Shown: positions 36,881 through 48,766, counted from the first letter of the stretch. The stretch is DNA of 64,000 nucleotides from Escherichia coli (GCF_044324875.1 NZ_CP172185.1); one strand, 5' to 3'. Notes: generated by a model from the letters alone, not told the origin. Made by a program: numbers and translations.

Positions 36881-38139
36881 TCAACCTATCCCCATGCTTG
36901 CAGCCAGTGCTTCCAGCGCCTGTTCAAAGCAGGCCAACGGTGCCCGCACAGTGCCTGCGCCAATCTGCCCGATCCCCGCCTCTTTATGGGCGATACCGGT
37001 ATTGATGAGTGGCGTAATGCCGGTTTCTACCACGCGACGAATATCCAGCCCCGGCACGCGCCCTGAAAATCCCAGCTTGGGATCTGCAACTGCATATTGC
37101 GTTCAAGGTAAATTTCCGCCATCTCTTCAGATACCGCTCTGGCCGCTTCCATGCCACCCGCACCGACAAAGCGCGTTACGCCAGGCGCTGCGATCATTGC
37201 CGCACCTCCGATACCAAAGGTTTCGGTAATCGCGCTATCGCCCATATCCGGGTTCGCCTGCTCCTGCGAGAAGCCGGTGAAAAACAGACCTTGCGGAGTG
37301 TTTACAGGCGCAGTAAACCAGCGTTCGCCCAGCCCGCTGACCCGAATCCCGAACATATTGCCGTTGCGGGTCATAGCCGTAACGATGCTGCCTGAGCGGA
37401 TCATCGCGCCAGCATCCATCGCCGCCTTGCAGTAGGCCATCGCGAGGTTGAGGAAGAACTGATCGGTCACGCTGAGGAAATCCATCACTTCCGCAATGTG
37501 CTGTTTATCATGATCGAGGCGAGCAATTTGTGGGGCCAGCGTACGCATTAACAGTGCTGAGGAAGCAATATTGCGTTGATGGAACTCATCGCCCATGGTA
37601 ATGCCCTGCGCCATCATCGCGGTGAGATCGATACCGCGCTCCATGCGCCCCAGCGCCGCGCTTAATACTGGCATTAACACATCGCGCATCCAGCGATGGC
37701 GAGTCAGGACATCTTCGCCGTAAGCGCCAAAACGCATCACTTTGCCGATACCTTCGTTGAGGTTGCAGTACGCCCGGTTGCCGTCGGTCACGTTCTCGAC
37801 CACCAGCATCGGCATACTGGCAGAAGTAATGCCGCCCATTGGCCCGACGGCATTCACATGGTGACAAGGAATGAAGTTCACTTCCCCCTGATCCAGCATT
37901 GCCAGCGCCTGCGCTTCATCTTTCGCCCAGCCTTCAAACAGACATGCGCCCACGCACGCCCCTTTCATGGGTCCGGTCATCTCCTGCCAGCGCATTGGCG
38001 GCCCGGCGTGAAGCAGTGTTTTGCCCTCGTTTAGTTCGCTGATAAGTGAAGAAGCCGGTTGCACATCCAGCCAGTGTGGACGAGCACGACGAATTTGTTC
38101 GATAACCGCAGCATTGGCTTGCGCCACTGATGTAAACAT
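36881..38139 (-). pseudogene. ylbE: ylbE (DUF1116) with a frameshift near the 3' end
   Basis: Main frame stops at 37027 after 370 aa. An alternate reverse frame is open from about 37102 to a TGA at 36881..36883 and encodes ...[70 protein letters not shown], ending 10 bp before ylbF. The combined length is about 419 aa. Confidence 0.6.
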
Positions 38140-38148
38140 GGGAACCCC

Positions 38149-39816
38149 TTATTGCAAACGTTCTAATAAACGAGCCAGTTTTTTATTGCCGCCGGCGACT
38201 GGCGACCATTGGTAATGCACAACCGGTTTGCTGGCGCTTTGTAGCTCCAGCGCAAAGCTGCGTAATCCGATGTTAATCACGGCGACGTTTTCCAGTAATG
38301 ACGGTGTGTGTTGCTGTGCGGCAGGCGAGAGCGGATGAATTAACGCTGCCGCCAGCAAGGTGGCTTCCGGTAGCGAACTCACGACAGCAATCCCCGCATC
38401 TTCCAGCGTGGCGATTTGCTGCGAGCGGCATTGCGGGTCACGTTCGGTACCTGTCACCGTGGCAATGGCGTACAGCGGTTGGCTGTCTGAACGCGCGGCA
38501 CAGGCTTTTTGCCAGGCGCTCACCAGCGAGGCGGCAGGATCGGCGGTCGCACCGAAGCCAATCACGACATCAAGCAGCAACACGCGCACTTGCGGTTTAG
38601 CGCCGAGATCGGCAATTAACAGGTTGCGTAAGGTCGGGTCGATCATCGGATGGGGACGCCCGACGGTGTAAAAATCATCGCCCAGGTCGAGGATCTGATG
38701 TCCGTCGGCGTCGAGCATCATGCCGTGATGATGGGTATCGTCGGCTTCCACGCCAAGGTGTCCGGCAAGTAATCCCGCCGCTTCAGCAGCCAGCGTACCG
38801 CCGGTATACAAACCGCAAATAAATCCGCTGCTGACAGGTGCTATTGCGTTACGTCGCGCCGTGACGCGTGAAAGCAGGCAAGCCAGGCGTGCGGCCTCAT
38901 CCAGCGAGGAGGCAAACCAGACATTTTCGTCGCGGGCCACCGCCGGGGTATAACCTAAAAACAGCGCCACCGTCGGTTTGCCGGTTGCTTTCATGGCCTT
39001 AACAATTTTCAGACGCACAGCTTCGGCAGGTGGTTTTGAAACAAATGCCAGCACTTCGCTTTTCTCGTCTGCACTGAGCATTTCCAGCGCCGTCAGCGCA
39101 CTGATGCCGCCCACTTCACGGCTGAGGTCGCGGCCGCCAAGGCCAATCGCGTGAGTAATTCCCTCCCCTGCCAGCGCAATCTGCGAGCACAGCTCCTGAA
39201 TCCCGGTACCGGAAGCGCCAATGACGCCAATGTTGCCTTCCGGCATCACGTTAGCAAAAGCCAGCGGCGTGCCGGCAATCATCGACGTACCGCAGTCCGG
39301 CCCCATCACCAGCAAGCCTTTTTCCCGCGCGCGGGTTTTAAGTTGGATTTCATCTTCCAGCGTGACGTTATCGGAGAACATCATCACGTTGAGGTTGCGA
39401 TCCAGCGCCTGATTCGCCAGCTCCGCCGCATACTCGCCAGCCACTGAAATCAGCGCCAGACTGGCGTCGGGTAATTTCTGACAGGCACTGTCCCAGCGAC
39501 GCACCTGCGTCAACGCCTGGCTGCTGCCTGAACCCTGCGCCAGTTGTTTTAGCGCCTCTTCAAGCTGTTGCATAATCGCCTGCGCGATCCCCGCATCCGC
39601 CGCTTCGCTACGAATTGCCACGCAAATATCGTTCGGCGTGGCGTTATTAAAATCGTCATGCCAGAAACCTGTCGTCTCTAATAACGCTTTATTGGCGGGC
39701 GTACCCATCATTACAGAAACATCATCAACATTTTCTGATTCGCTTAGTTTTCGTGAAATAATCATTAAACTGACCGAATCCTGAAAACACCCTTTTTTAA
39801 TAAAGGCGTGGATCAT
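38149..39816 (-). CDS. fdrA: FdrA (acyl-CoA synthetase-like, CoA-binding domain protein)
   Basis: 555 aa, recognised FdrA. Confidence 0.9.
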   Translation of the reverse strand: MIHAFIKKGCFQDSVSLMIISRKLSESENVDDVSVMMGTPANKALLETTGFWHDDFNNATPNDICVAIRSEAADAGIAQAIMQQLEEALKQLAQGSGSSQALTQVRRWDSACQKLPDASLALISVAGEYAAELANQALDRNLNVMMFSDNVTLEDEIQLKTRAREKGLLVMGPDCGTSMIAGTPLAFANVMPEGNIGVIGASGTGIQELCSQIALAGEGITHAIGLGGRDLSREVGGISALTALEMLSADEKSEVLAFVSKPPAEAVRLKIVKAMKATGKPTVALFLGYTPAVARDENVWFASSLDEAARLACLLSRVTARRNAIAPVSSGFICGLYTGGTLAAEAAGLLAGHLGVEADDTHHHGMMLDADGHQILDLGDDFYTVGRPHPMIDPTLRNLLIADLGAKPQVRVLLLDVVIGFGATADPAASLVSAWQKACAARSDSQPLYAIATVTGTERDPQCRSQQIATLEDAGIAVVSSLPEATLLAAALIHPLSPAAQQHTPSLLENVAVINIGLRSFALELQSASKPVVHYQWSPVAGGNKKLARLLERLQ

Positions 39817-40132
39817 AACAACTCCTTAAAAATTGCACCCATGGCAATTGCACGAGCAGTGTTAATGTGGCGATTACGGTATCGATGACAACGAGCAAAT
39901 AAGGTGATGAATATCACACAGGGATTATTAACAAAAGAATTCAAATAACCGCCAGGCTATTACGTGTTATTTTTTAATAAGCGTGGTTGTTTTAAAAACC
40001 AGGTTAAAAGCGAGCGGATTATCAAATAAATTCTAACTATATTTTTTTGCCTGTCTGGATCACATAATCCAGATATTTTCCCTGTATGTTAATTGCAGTC
40101 ATGCTTCACACCGTCGTTAAAAAGGAAGACAG

Positions 40133-41182
40133 ATGAAAATCAGTCGGGAAACACTCCACCAGCTAATTGAGAATAAACTCTGCCAGGCTGGGTTAAAACG
40201 TGAGCACGCTGCAACCGTGGCTGAAGTATTGGTTTACGCCGATGCCAGAGGGATCCACTCTCATGGCGCGGTGCGTGTTGAATACTACGCAGAACGCATT
40301 TCAAAAGGCGGCACCAACCGCGAACCGGAGTTTCGTCTTGAAGAAACCGGGCCGTGTTCGGCAATTTTACATGCCGACAATGCCGCCGGACAGGTCGCGG
40401 CTAAAATGGGTATGGAACATGCCATCAAAACCGCCCAGCAAAAAGGCGTTACGGTGGTCGGTATCAGCCGGATGGGTCACAGCGGCGCAATCTCTTATTT
40501 TGTGCAGCAGGCAGCCCGCGCCGGATTAATTGGTATTTCGATGTGCCAGTCCGATCCAATGGTTGTGCCGTTTGGCGGCGCGGAAATTTACTACGGAACT
40601 AACCCACTGGCCTTTGCCGCGCCGGGAGAAGGCGACGAGATCCTTACCTTTGATATGGCGACTACCGTACAGGCATGGGGAAAAGTGCTCGACGCCCGCT
40701 CGCGTAATATGTCTATCCCGGATACCTGGGCGGTCGATAAAAACGGAGCACCAACAACCGATCCATTTGCAGTTAACGCCCTGCTCCCTGCCGCCGGACC
40801 GAAAGGGTATGGCCTGATGATGATGATTGACGTCCTCTCAGGCGTCTTACTCGGCTTACCGTTCGGGCGACAGGTTAGTTCGATGTATGACGATTTACAC
40901 GCCGGGCGTAATTTGGGGCAATTACATATCGTTATTAACCCGAACTTTTTCTCCTCCAGCGAATTATTTCGTCAACATCTTAGCCAGACCATGCGCGAAT
41001 TAAATGCCATAACCCCCGCGCCCGGTTTTAACCAGGTTTATTATCCCGGACAGGATCAGGATATTAAACAACGCAAAGCCGCCGTCGAAGGCATCGAAAT
41101 TGTTGATGATATTTACCAGTATTTAATTTCCGACGCGCTTTATAACACGTCATACGAAACGAAAAATCCCTTTGCGCAATAA
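40133..41182 (+). CDS. allD: Ureidoglycolate dehydrogenase AllD
   Basis: 349 aa, recognised AllD. Confidence 0.93.
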   Translation: MKISRETLHQLIENKLCQAGLKREHAATVAEVLVYADARGIHSHGAVRVEYYAERISKGGTNREPEFRLEETGPCSAILHADNAAGQVAAKMGMEHAIKTAQQKGVTVVGISRMGHSGAISYFVQQAARAGLIGISMCQSDPMVVPFGGAEIYYGTNPLAFAAPGEGDEILTFDMATTVQAWGKVLDARSRNMSIPDTWAVDKNGAPTTDPFAVNALLPAAGPKGYGLMMMIDVLSGVLLGLPFGRQVSSMYDDLHAGRNLGQLHIVINPNFFSSSELFRQHLSQTMRELNAITPAPGFNQVYYPGQDQDIKQRKAAVEGIEIVDDIYQYLISDALYNTSYETKNPFAQ

Positions 41183-41203
41183 TTATTGAGACAGGACTTT
41201 CTT

Positions 41204-42439
41204 ATGATTACACATTTTCGTCAAGCCATAGAAGAAACGCTGCCCTGGCTTTCCTCTTTTGGCGCTGACCCAACGGGTGGTATGACCCGTTTACTTTATT
41301 CGCCGGAATGGCTGGAAACTCAGCAGCAATTTAAAAAAAGAATGGCAGCAAGCGGGCTGGAAACACGTTTCGATGAAGTGGGCAATTTATACGGTCGCCT
41401 GAGTGGGACCGAATATCCACAGGAAGTGGTTCTGAGCGGTTCGCATATCGATACCGTGGTTAACGGCGGTAACCTCGACGGGCAATTCGGCGCGCTGGCG
41501 GCGTGGCTGGCAATTGACTGGCTGAAAACGCAATACGGCGCGCCGTTACGTACGGTCGAAGTGGTGGCGATGGCAGAAGAAGAAGGCAGCCGCTTCCCGT
41601 ATGTCTTCTGGGGCAGTAAAAATATCTTTGGGCTGGCGAATCCTGACGACGTGCGGAATATCTGTGATGCCAAAGGAAATAGTTTTGTCGATGCGATGAA
41701 GGCTTGCGGATTTACTCTGCCGAACGCCCCACTAACTCCGCGTCAGGATATTAAAGCCTTTGTCGAACTGCATATCGAACAGGGCTGTGTGCTGGAAAGT
41801 AATGGGCAGTCAATTGGCGTGGTGAATGCAATTGTCGGGCAACGTCGCTATACGGTGACGCTGAATGGCGAATCAAACCATGCAGGCACCACGCCGATGG
41901 GTTATCGTCGTGATACGGTTTACGCTTTCAGTCGCATTTGCCATCAGTCTGTCGAAAAAGCGAAAAAGATGGGCGACCCGCTGGTGCTGACCTTTGGCAA
42001 GGTGGAGCCGCGCCCGAATACGGTGAATGTGGTACCGGGTAAAACCACGTTCACCATTGATTGTCGTCATACCGATGCTGCCGTGCTGCGCGATTTCACC
42101 CAACAGTTAGAAAACGACATGCGGGCGATTTGCGATGAAATGGACATTGGTATTGATATCGATTTATGGATGGACGAAGAACCCGTGCCGATGAACAAGG
42201 AACTGGTCGCCACCCTGACAGAATTGTGTGAACGCGAAAAACTGAATTACCGGGTGATGCACAGTGGTGCCGGGCACGACGCGCAAATTTTCGCGCCTCG
42301 CGTACCAACCTGCATGATTTTTATCCCCAGCATCAACGGGATCAGCCATAACCCGGCGGAACGCACCAATATTACCGACCTTGCCGAAGGGGTCAAAACG
42401 TTGGCACTCATGCTTTATCAACTTGCCTGGCAGAAATAA
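41204..42439 (+). CDS. allC: Allantoate amidohydrolase AllC (M20 peptidase family)
   Basis: Start at ATG 41204 (MITHFRQAIEE...), 411 aa. Confidence 0.93.
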   Translation: MITHFRQAIEETLPWLSSFGADPTGGMTRLLYSPEWLETQQQFKKRMAASGLETRFDEVGNLYGRLSGTEYPQEVVLSGSHIDTVVNGGNLDGQFGALAAWLAIDWLKTQYGAPLRTVEVVAMAEEEGSRFPYVFWGSKNIFGLANPDDVRNICDAKGNSFVDAMKACGFTLPNAPLTPRQDIKAFVELHIEQGCVLESNGQSIGVVNAIVGQRRYTVTLNGESNHAGTTPMGYRRDTVYAFSRICHQSVEKAKKMGDPLVLTFGKVEPRPNTVNVVPGKTTFTIDCRHTDAAVLRDFTQQLENDMRAICDEMDIGIDIDLWMDEEPVPMNKELVATLTELCEREKLNYRVMHSGAGHDAQIFAPRVPTCMIFIPSINGISHNPAERTNITDLAEGVKTLALMLYQLAWQK

Positions 42440-42449
42440 GGAGTCATAA

Positions 42450-43235
42450 ATGGGATATTTAAATAACGTCACCGGTTACCGCGATGATTTACTGGCTAAC
42501 CGTGCGATTGTTAAACACGGTAATTTCGCACTTTTAACCCCGGATGGTCTGGTAAAAAATATTATTCCGGGCTTTGAAAATTGTGACGCGACAATCCTCT
42601 CCACGCCAAAGCTGGGTGCCTCTTTTGTTGATTATCTGGTCACACTGCATCAAAACGGTGGCAACCAACAGGGCTTCGGTGGCGAAGGCATTGAAACGTT
42701 CCTGTATGTGATCTCTGGAAATATCACTGCCAAAGCTGAAGGCAAAACATTTGCCTTAAGCGAAGGTGGCTATCTTTATTGCCCACCAGGCTCCTTAATG
42801 ACGTTTGTTAACGCCCAGGCCGAAGACAGCCAAATCTTTTTATATAAGCGCCGCTATGTTCCGGTAGAAGGCCATGCACCGTGGCTGGTTTCTGGCAATG
42901 CCAGCGAACTGGAACGCATTCATTATGAAGGCATGGACGATGTTATTCTGCTGGATTTTCTGCCCAAAGAGTTAGGTTTTGATATGAACATGCATATCCT
43001 CTCTTTTGCGCCAGGTGCCAGCCACGGTTATATCGAAACTCACGTCCAGGAACACGGTGCCTATATTCTTTCCGGTCAGGGGGTTTATAACCTCGACAAT
43101 AACTGGATCCCGGTGAAAAAAGGCGATTACATCTTTATGGGCGCTTATTCCTTACAGGCCGGTTATGGCGTAGGGCGTGGTGAAGCGTTTAGTTATATTT
43201 ACTCGAAAGATTGCAACCGCGACGTAGAGATTTAA
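42450..43235 (+). CDS. allE: (S)-ureidoglycine aminohydrolase AllE (YlbA, cupin)
   Basis: 261 aa bicupin, downstream of allC. Confidence 0.92.
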   Translation: MGYLNNVTGYRDDLLANRAIVKHGNFALLTPDGLVKNIIPGFENCDATILSTPKLGASFVDYLVTLHQNGGNQQGFGGEGIETFLYVISGNITAKAEGKTFALSEGGYLYCPPGSLMTFVNAQAEDSQIFLYKRRYVPVEGHAPWLVSGNASELERIHYEGMDDVILLDFLPKELGFDMNMHILSFAPGASHGYIETHVQEHGAYILSGQGVYNLDNNWIPVKKGDYIFMGAYSLQAGYGVGRGEAFSYIYSKDCNRDVEI

Positions 43236-43277
43236 GTCATACCACTCGCCTGATTATTTTTAGCTATGTTGGATTTT

Positions 43278-43304
43278 GCCACGGTTTATACCGTGGCTTT
43301 TTTT
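43278..43304 (+). terminator. Rho-independent terminator of allDCE
   Basis: GCCACGG-TTTATA-CCGTGGC followed by TTTTTTT. Confidence 0.75.
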
Positions 43305-43320
43305 GCGGTAAATTCAGGTA

Positions 43321-43350
43321 AAAAACGGATGCGGGATAAAATGCATCCGC
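43321..43350 (-). terminator. Rho-independent terminator of glxK
   Basis: On the reverse strand, hairpin CGGATGC...GCATCCG followed by a T-run (A-run 43321..43326 on the plus strand). Confidence 0.65.
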
Positions 43351-43364
43351 TCTAATGGCAAGAG

Positions 43365-44510
43365 TCAGTTTTTAATTCCCTGACCTATTTTAATGGCGCA
43401 GGCAATATTTCGTGCGCTGTTGAAGAGATTGGTTTCACCGCTGGCGAGCACTTCGGCTAAAGGTGCCAGACGTGGCAAAATGCTGAACACCGCGTCAATG
43501 CCGTACTGGTGCACCACTTCCACGCCGTCACCCAATACGCCAGCAATCCCAATCACCGGGACATTAAACTGCTTCGCCACCGACGCCACGCCCAGCGGTG
43601 CTTTACCGCCTGCCGTTTGCGAGTCGATGCGCCCTTCCCCGGTGATCACCAGCGCTGCGCCCTGCACCGCCTGCTCCAGGTTGACCGCCCGCAGTACAAT
43701 CTCAATACCCGGTTTAATATCCGCATTGAGGAATACCGCCGCCGCAATGCCCATCCCGCCCGCCGCGCCGCCGCCCGCCATCTGGCAGACGTTGATTTCA
43801 GTTTGCTGTTGTAAAACACGGGCGTAATTTTGCAGTCCCTGCTCCAGCTCTTCGACCATTTCCGGCGTTGCCCCTTTTTGCGGGCCAAACACCGCCGCCG
43901 CGCCGCGTGCCCCTACCAGCGGATTATCAACGTCACATGCTACTTCAATATGGCAGTTCGCCAGACGCGGATCGCATTCCTCCATCTCAATGCTTGCCAC
44001 GCGCGCTAAATTGCCGCCGTTAGCCGCCAGCACCTGACCGTCGGCATCGAGAAAACGCACACCAAGCGCCTGCGCCATGCCCATACCGCCGTCGACCGTC
44101 GCACTGCCGCCTATGCCGAGAATAATATGGCGAATGCCGTTATCCAGCGCATGACGAATTAACTCCCCCGTACCAAAACTGGAGGCCAGCAACGGATTAC
44201 GCTTTTCAGGCGCGACCAGCATCAGACCACTTGCTGCCGCCATCTCAATCACCGCTGTTTTCCCGTCGCCGGTAAGGCCATAAAAAGCATTCACTTTTTC
44301 GCCCATCGGCCCGCAGACTTCAAGCGTCACGATGTTGCCGCCCGTCGCTGCGACCATCGCATCCACCGTTCCTTCGCCGCCATCCGCTATCGGCAAACAG
44401 ATATAGTGCGCATCGGGAAAGAGGGTCGAAAACCCGGCTTTAATTGCCTGACAACATTTTTCTGCACTTAAGCTCTCTTTAAACGAGTCTGGCGCAATGA
44501 CAATCTTCAT
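43365..44510 (-). CDS. glxK: Glycerate 2-kinase GlxK
   Basis: Start at Met [14 protein letters not shown]..., 381 aa. Confidence 0.93.
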   Translation of the reverse strand: MKIVIAPDSFKESLSAEKCCQAIKAGFSTLFPDAHYICLPIADGGEGTVDAMVAATGGNIVTLEVCGPMGEKVNAFYGLTGDGKTAVIEMAAASGLMLVAPEKRNPLLASSFGTGELIRHALDNGIRHIILGIGGSATVDGGMGMAQALGVRFLDADGQVLAANGGNLARVASIEMEECDPRLANCHIEVACDVDNPLVGARGAAAVFGPQKGATPEMVEELEQGLQNYARVLQQQTEINVCQMAGGGAAGGMGIAAAVFLNADIKPGIEIVLRAVNLEQAVQGAALVITGEGRIDSQTAGGKAPLGVASVAKQFNVPVIGIAGVLGDGVEVVHQYGIDAVFSILPRLAPLAEVLASGETNLFNSARNIACAIKIGQGIKN

Positions 44511-44531
44511 TATCAATCCTTTTTCAACAAA

Positions 44532-45839
44532 TTATTCGATGCGTTCCCACGGAATAAGATTATCCATAAGAACAGCCAGTAAAATCCCGACCAGTAAGCC
44601 GTTACTGAGCAGAGGACGAAGCGTTAATGGAAGGTCTTGCAGATACACAGGCGGTAATGCCATTAAAAATATGCCGACAAATAACGGCAATGCGAGTCGA
44701 TAAATATTGCGAGCGGTAAACGTGATTTGCTGTCTAAACACCAGCGCGGAAAAGAGTAAAGGCAGATAAGAAACCAGCATGACCGCGCTACTCACCGGTA
44801 AGGGGATACTGCAAAACAGTCGCGTGAGTGCCGGAACCAGTGCCACCAGCAGGCAAATAACGCTGCCATAAATAAACGAACGCCGCGTGTAATCGCCAGT
44901 CTGGGTTAATAAACCAATGGATGAAACAAACGGTGAAAATGGAATTACCGCCAGCGGCACGGTTATCAGTGTCATAAATCCGGTCGCCACAAAGCTGCGA
45001 CGATAACGTGTATTCCCCGCGCCCTGCTGCGGATAAAAAACATCCGTGCCACGAATCGCACCGTAGGTATTGCTGATATTTACCAGACCTGTAATCACCG
45101 CCGTCAGAATAATCCCCGGCGACAAAGCACCGCCACTGCCGAGCGGGAACCACTGCCAGTGCAACTCACCGGAGAGCGAATGCGAAGAAGGAAAGCAAAA
45201 GTACCACAATAACCAGCCGGTTATCGTGCCGACCAGCAGGCCGTAACGGGCAAAACGTTGCGGCAGGAAAATAATCATCGCCAGTACCAGGCACATCACC
45301 GCCACCGAGAGCGCGAACGGCGGTAACTGAATTTTAAAATTTGGGTCGGCTATGCCAAACGGCAGCCCGAGCATACCTTTGAAAAAGATAGTGGTCAGCT
45401 GCGCGCCCAGCATCAACATAAACAAGACCATCACCGACGGCGTAAATAACCGCGCCAGACGATGACCTAATCCGCTAAAACCAATCAACATCGTCAGCAC
45501 GCCAGAGAGCGCAATCCCCACCGCCAGGCTGGTAGCGATATCGTTGATCGGTGTCCCGCGCGATGCTTCGCCAAGGGTGATCGTAAGGATGGTTCCCCAC
45601 CACAGGCCACCCGGCCCTTCCATAATAGCGCGACGATGACCGCAGAACGCCTGAGCGAAGCAGGCCAGTGCGGTAGCAAGAAAAGCATATTGCGTGAGCG
45701 TAAGCAGGCTGCTTTGCGGCAACTGAAAAGCAGAAAGTAGCGTAGGAGGAACCACAACAGTGTTGCAAAAAATAAAGAAAAACCACTGAAATCCTGATAA
45801 CAGGCTTTCGCGGCTGACTGCAAAATTGAACATAAACAC
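44532..45839 (-). CDS. ybbY: Putative purine/uracil permease YbbY (NCS2 family)
   Basis: Polytopic membrane ORF of about 433 aa; exact start uncertain. Confidence 0.85.
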   Translation of the reverse strand: MFMFNFAVSRESLLSGFQWFFFIFCNTVVVPPTLLSAFQLPQSSLLTLTQYAFLATALACFAQAFCGHRRAIMEGPGGLWWGTILTITLGEASRGTPINDIATSLAVGIALSGVLTMLIGFSGLGHRLARLFTPSVMVLFMLMLGAQLTTIFFKGMLGLPFGIADPNFKIQLPPFALSVAVMCLVLAMIIFLPQRFARYGLLVGTITGWLLWYFCFPSSHSLSGELHWQWFPLGSGGALSPGIILTAVITGLVNISNTYGAIRGTDVFYPQQGAGNTRYRRSFVATGFMTLITVPLAVIPFSPFVSSIGLLTQTGDYTRRSFIYGSVICLLVALVPALTRLFCSIPLPVSSAVMLVSYLPLLFSALVFRQQITFTARNIYRLALPLFVGIFLMALPPVYLQDLPLTLRPLLSNGLLVGILLAVLMDNLIPWERIE

Positions 45840-45889
45840 ACCTTAACCGGAGAATGCCCGCCGCAAGGACGGGCATTGCAGGGGCCAGA

Positions 45890-47251
45890 TTACTGCTGAT
45901 GTTTAAGGATAAATTGACCTTTCGGCGCAACAGGGAAGCCCTGTTCGATGTCGTAAATCACATCACCACGTAAGATGGTTTTCGTGATACGCGCGCCAAT
46001 GGTACGGCCAACATACGGGCTGACTTTGTGGCGATATTCCAGATCGTCATTGGTAAGAACATAGCTGCTATTCGGCTGAATGAAGACGAAGTCGGCATCT
46101 TTTCCTGGGGCGATACGGCCTTTTTGCTGCAGACCGAAAATATCTGCTGCGTTAGTCGCCATTAATTTGCCGAACATCGGCAGAGACATACCGCGTTTCT
46201 GTACCGCTTCATCGAACATCACGTCCATACAGTTTTGCAGACCGGCAATACCGCCCCATGCTTCCATGATGTTGCCGGCTTTCATTTCCGGAGGGCATGG
46301 TGAGTGGTCGGAAACCAGGCAGTCGATTTCACCGTTAAATAGTTTTTCCCACATGCCTTTCTGGTTTTCCAGATCGCGGATCGGCGGTGAACACTTCGCC
46401 AGAGTACCGATTTCTTCGAACTGATCGGTATCCAGTACAAAGTAATGCGGGCAGGATTCACAAGTAACGTCCTGACCTTCCTGACGTGCACGAGTCACTT
46501 CTTCAACGCCTTCCGGGCTGCTGATATGGCAAACGTGCAGACGGCAACCGGCAACTTTCGCCAGATACAGCACGCGGCGAATCGCTTCCACTTCGGTAAA
46601 TACCGGACGCGAAGCCACATAGTCATGGGCAGTTACGCGACCTTCACTTTTCGCTTCTTCGCCCAGTGCATCACAGATCAGTGCGTTTTCGCAGTGCACC
46701 AGCACCGGCTGCCCCAGTTCGCCCAGCTTCTGCGCACCTTTGAAGAACTGCCAGTCGTTTACATCACGGAAGTCGTTGTCGATACCGCGATCGCCACAGG
46801 TCGCAACGAAGCATTTGAAGCCGACAACGCCCACTTCATCCAGCTCATGCAGACGGTCGATGTTGTAAGACACCAGGCCACCGAGTTGTGCCGCATCGAT
46901 AGTCAGCTTGCCTTTAGCGGCATCGAACTTCAGTTCAATTGAAGCGCGGTCAACCGTTGCAGGCAGCTGGTTGAGCGGCATTTCGATCATGGTGGTGATA
47001 CCACCTTTTGCCGCTGCGCGAGTACCGGTTTCATAACCTTCCCAGTGGCTACGACCCGGTTCAGAAATATGGGTGTGCGCATCAACCATGCCTGGCGAAA
47101 CCACCAGACCAGACGCATCCATCACTTCTTTTGCATCGCCCAGATCCTGACCGATAGCAGCAATTTTTCCGCCTTTAACGGCGATATCTACAACGCGAGC
47201 TTCGTTTTCTAAAATAACAGTGCCGTTTTTAATGATTAAATCAAAAGACAT
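45890..47251 (-). CDS. allB: Allantoinase AllB
   Basis: Start at internal Met [15 protein letters not shown]..., 453 aa; metal-binding DAHTH motif. Confidence 0.95.
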   Translation of the reverse strand: MSFDLIIKNGTVILENEARVVDIAVKGGKIAAIGQDLGDAKEVMDASGLVVSPGMVDAHTHISEPGRSHWEGYETGTRAAAKGGITTMIEMPLNQLPATVDRASIELKFDAAKGKLTIDAAQLGGLVSYNIDRLHELDEVGVVGFKCFVATCGDRGIDNDFRDVNDWQFFKGAQKLGELGQPVLVHCENALICDALGEEAKSEGRVTAHDYVASRPVFTEVEAIRRVLYLAKVAGCRLHVCHISSPEGVEEVTRARQEGQDVTCESCPHYFVLDTDQFEEIGTLAKCSPPIRDLENQKGMWEKLFNGEIDCLVSDHSPCPPEMKAGNIMEAWGGIAGLQNCMDVMFDEAVQKRGMSLPMFGKLMATNAADIFGLQQKGRIAPGKDADFVFIQPNSSYVLTNDDLEYRHKVSPYVGRTIGARITKTILRGDVIYDIEQGFPVAPKGQFILKHQQ

Positions 47252-47311
47252 AACAAACTCCTTGTAAAATACAGATTGGTTTTTTAACTCAATGTTCAAT
47301 ATCGGGATTAA

Positions 47312-48766
47312 TTAACCTGTGACTTTTTGTTCTCCTGTTTTTTCTGCTGTAGTACGTTTCTTTAATAAGGCGTAGGCCGCAAAGGCGACGATGACGCCGA
47401 CAAACCATGAAACACGAGATAACGGTTCCATAAAGGGAATAAACTTACCGCCAAGAGATAAAATAACGGCCACCAGAGTTACTGAAAACGCAGTGAGGTT
47501 AAAACCGTTATCGTAATATTTATAATCGCCAGGTGCGGTGTACAGTTCATCAAGATTAATTTGCCCACGCATCACCACAAAATAATGCGCCATCATGACA
47601 CCAATTACCGGACCCAGCATTCCGCCGATAATATCGAGGAACAGATAAATACTGTCCTGATTTTCCATTAATTTCCACGGGCAGATCAGCAGGCTGATAA
47701 TACTGGCAATCAGTACGCCGTTTTTATAGGTCAGTTTCGTCGGTGCAATAGCGGCAATCTGATAACCAGCAGGAATAATATTACCGGTGGCGTTAGTGGA
47801 GATAGTCGTCATCAGAATAACCAGTACCGCAAAGAACGAGGCAAACAGGCTATCCCAACGCTGAACAATATCCAGCACGTTCCAGGTGTCAGCGCCGTAG
47901 TGAATACTGGCTCCGGCAATAATACATACCCCGGCGACCGCAAACAGAATATAGGCCACAACTAAACCGAGCGTTTGCCCCAGCGCCTGCTCACGAAACG
48001 AGTGGGCGTTTTGCGTAAAGTCGGATGCGCTCACCGCCGGTGCCGCCCAGACCGCAACCACCGCGTTAATCACCACCAGGAACAGGAAGCCACCGTTTTC
48101 TGCTTTCTGAATACCGCTCGGAATGTAGTCAAAGATTGGACCGATCCCGACCAGCGAAATCGCCCAAATCGCCATACCGCCGAAGACAACATAGATACAC
48201 GGGTTAAGAATGGCGGTGAATTTATTTAAAACTTTGCCACCACCGAAACCGATTCCGACGTTGACCAGCCAGAAGAGTAAGAAAGTAATTAAGCCCGGTA
48301 GAGAAAGCCCTAACAGGGTAAAATCACCACCGAGAGTTAAAAATCCCGGCCAGATTTTGCCAATCAGGATCAAGCAGGCCAGCGATCCAGCGTAACATTG
48401 CAGGCCAAACCACATAATGGCAGCAATCCCGCCTCTTAATAATCCGGGAAACAGTGCACCACGTACGCCGTAAGAAGCACGCAGGATCATGGCAAAAGGC
48501 ACACCGTATTTACTGCCCGCAGCACCGTTTAATACCATTACCGCGGCAATGAAAAAGGCGCTGAGGATAATTGCCAGCATAATACTAAAGGTAGACAAGC
48601 CGAGAATAAAAAAGCCGCCGACCATCACATAATTGGGAACGTTATGAACCGAACCCATCCATAAGGTAAAATAGTTAAATGTTTTCCAGGTCCGCTGGCT
48701 TTGCGTTTTCGGCAATAGATCTTCGCTATAGCCGCGTTGCTGGAATAGTTTTCTCTGATGTTCCAT
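47312..48766 (-). CDS. ybbW: Allantoin permease (NCS1 family) YbbW
   Basis: 484 aa, 12-TM transporter in the allantoin cluster. Confidence 0.9.
   Translation of the reverse strand: MEHQRKLFQQRGYSEDLLPKTQSQRTWKTFNYFTLWMGSVHNVPNYVMVGGFFILGLSTFSIMLAIILSAFFIAAVMVLNGAAGSKYGVPFAMILRASYGVRGALFPGLLRGGIAAIMWFGLQCYAGSLACLILIGKIWPGFLTLGGDFTLLGLSLPGLITFLLFWLVNVGIGFGGGKVLNKFTAILNPCIYVVFGGMAIWAISLVGIGPIFDYIPSGIQKAENGGFLFLVVINAVVAVWAAPAVSASDFTQNAHSFREQALGQTLGLVVAYILFAVAGVCIIAGASIHYGADTWNVLDIVQRWDSLFASFFAVLVILMTTISTNATGNIIPAGYQIAAIAPTKLTYKNGVLIASIISLLICPWKLMENQDSIYLFLDIIGGMLGPVIGVMMAHYFVVMRGQINLDELYTAPGDYKYYDNGFNLTAFSVTLVAVILSLGGKFIPFMEPLSRVSWFVGVIVAFAAYALLKKRTTAEKTGEQKVTG

Noticed and set aside
36870-37229. 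119-aa plus-strand ORF spanning the ylbE/ylbF junction
   Set aside because: It is antisense to ylbE; the reverse-strand alternate frame gives a much more protein-like continuation of YlbE, so the frameshift-pseudogene reading is preferred.
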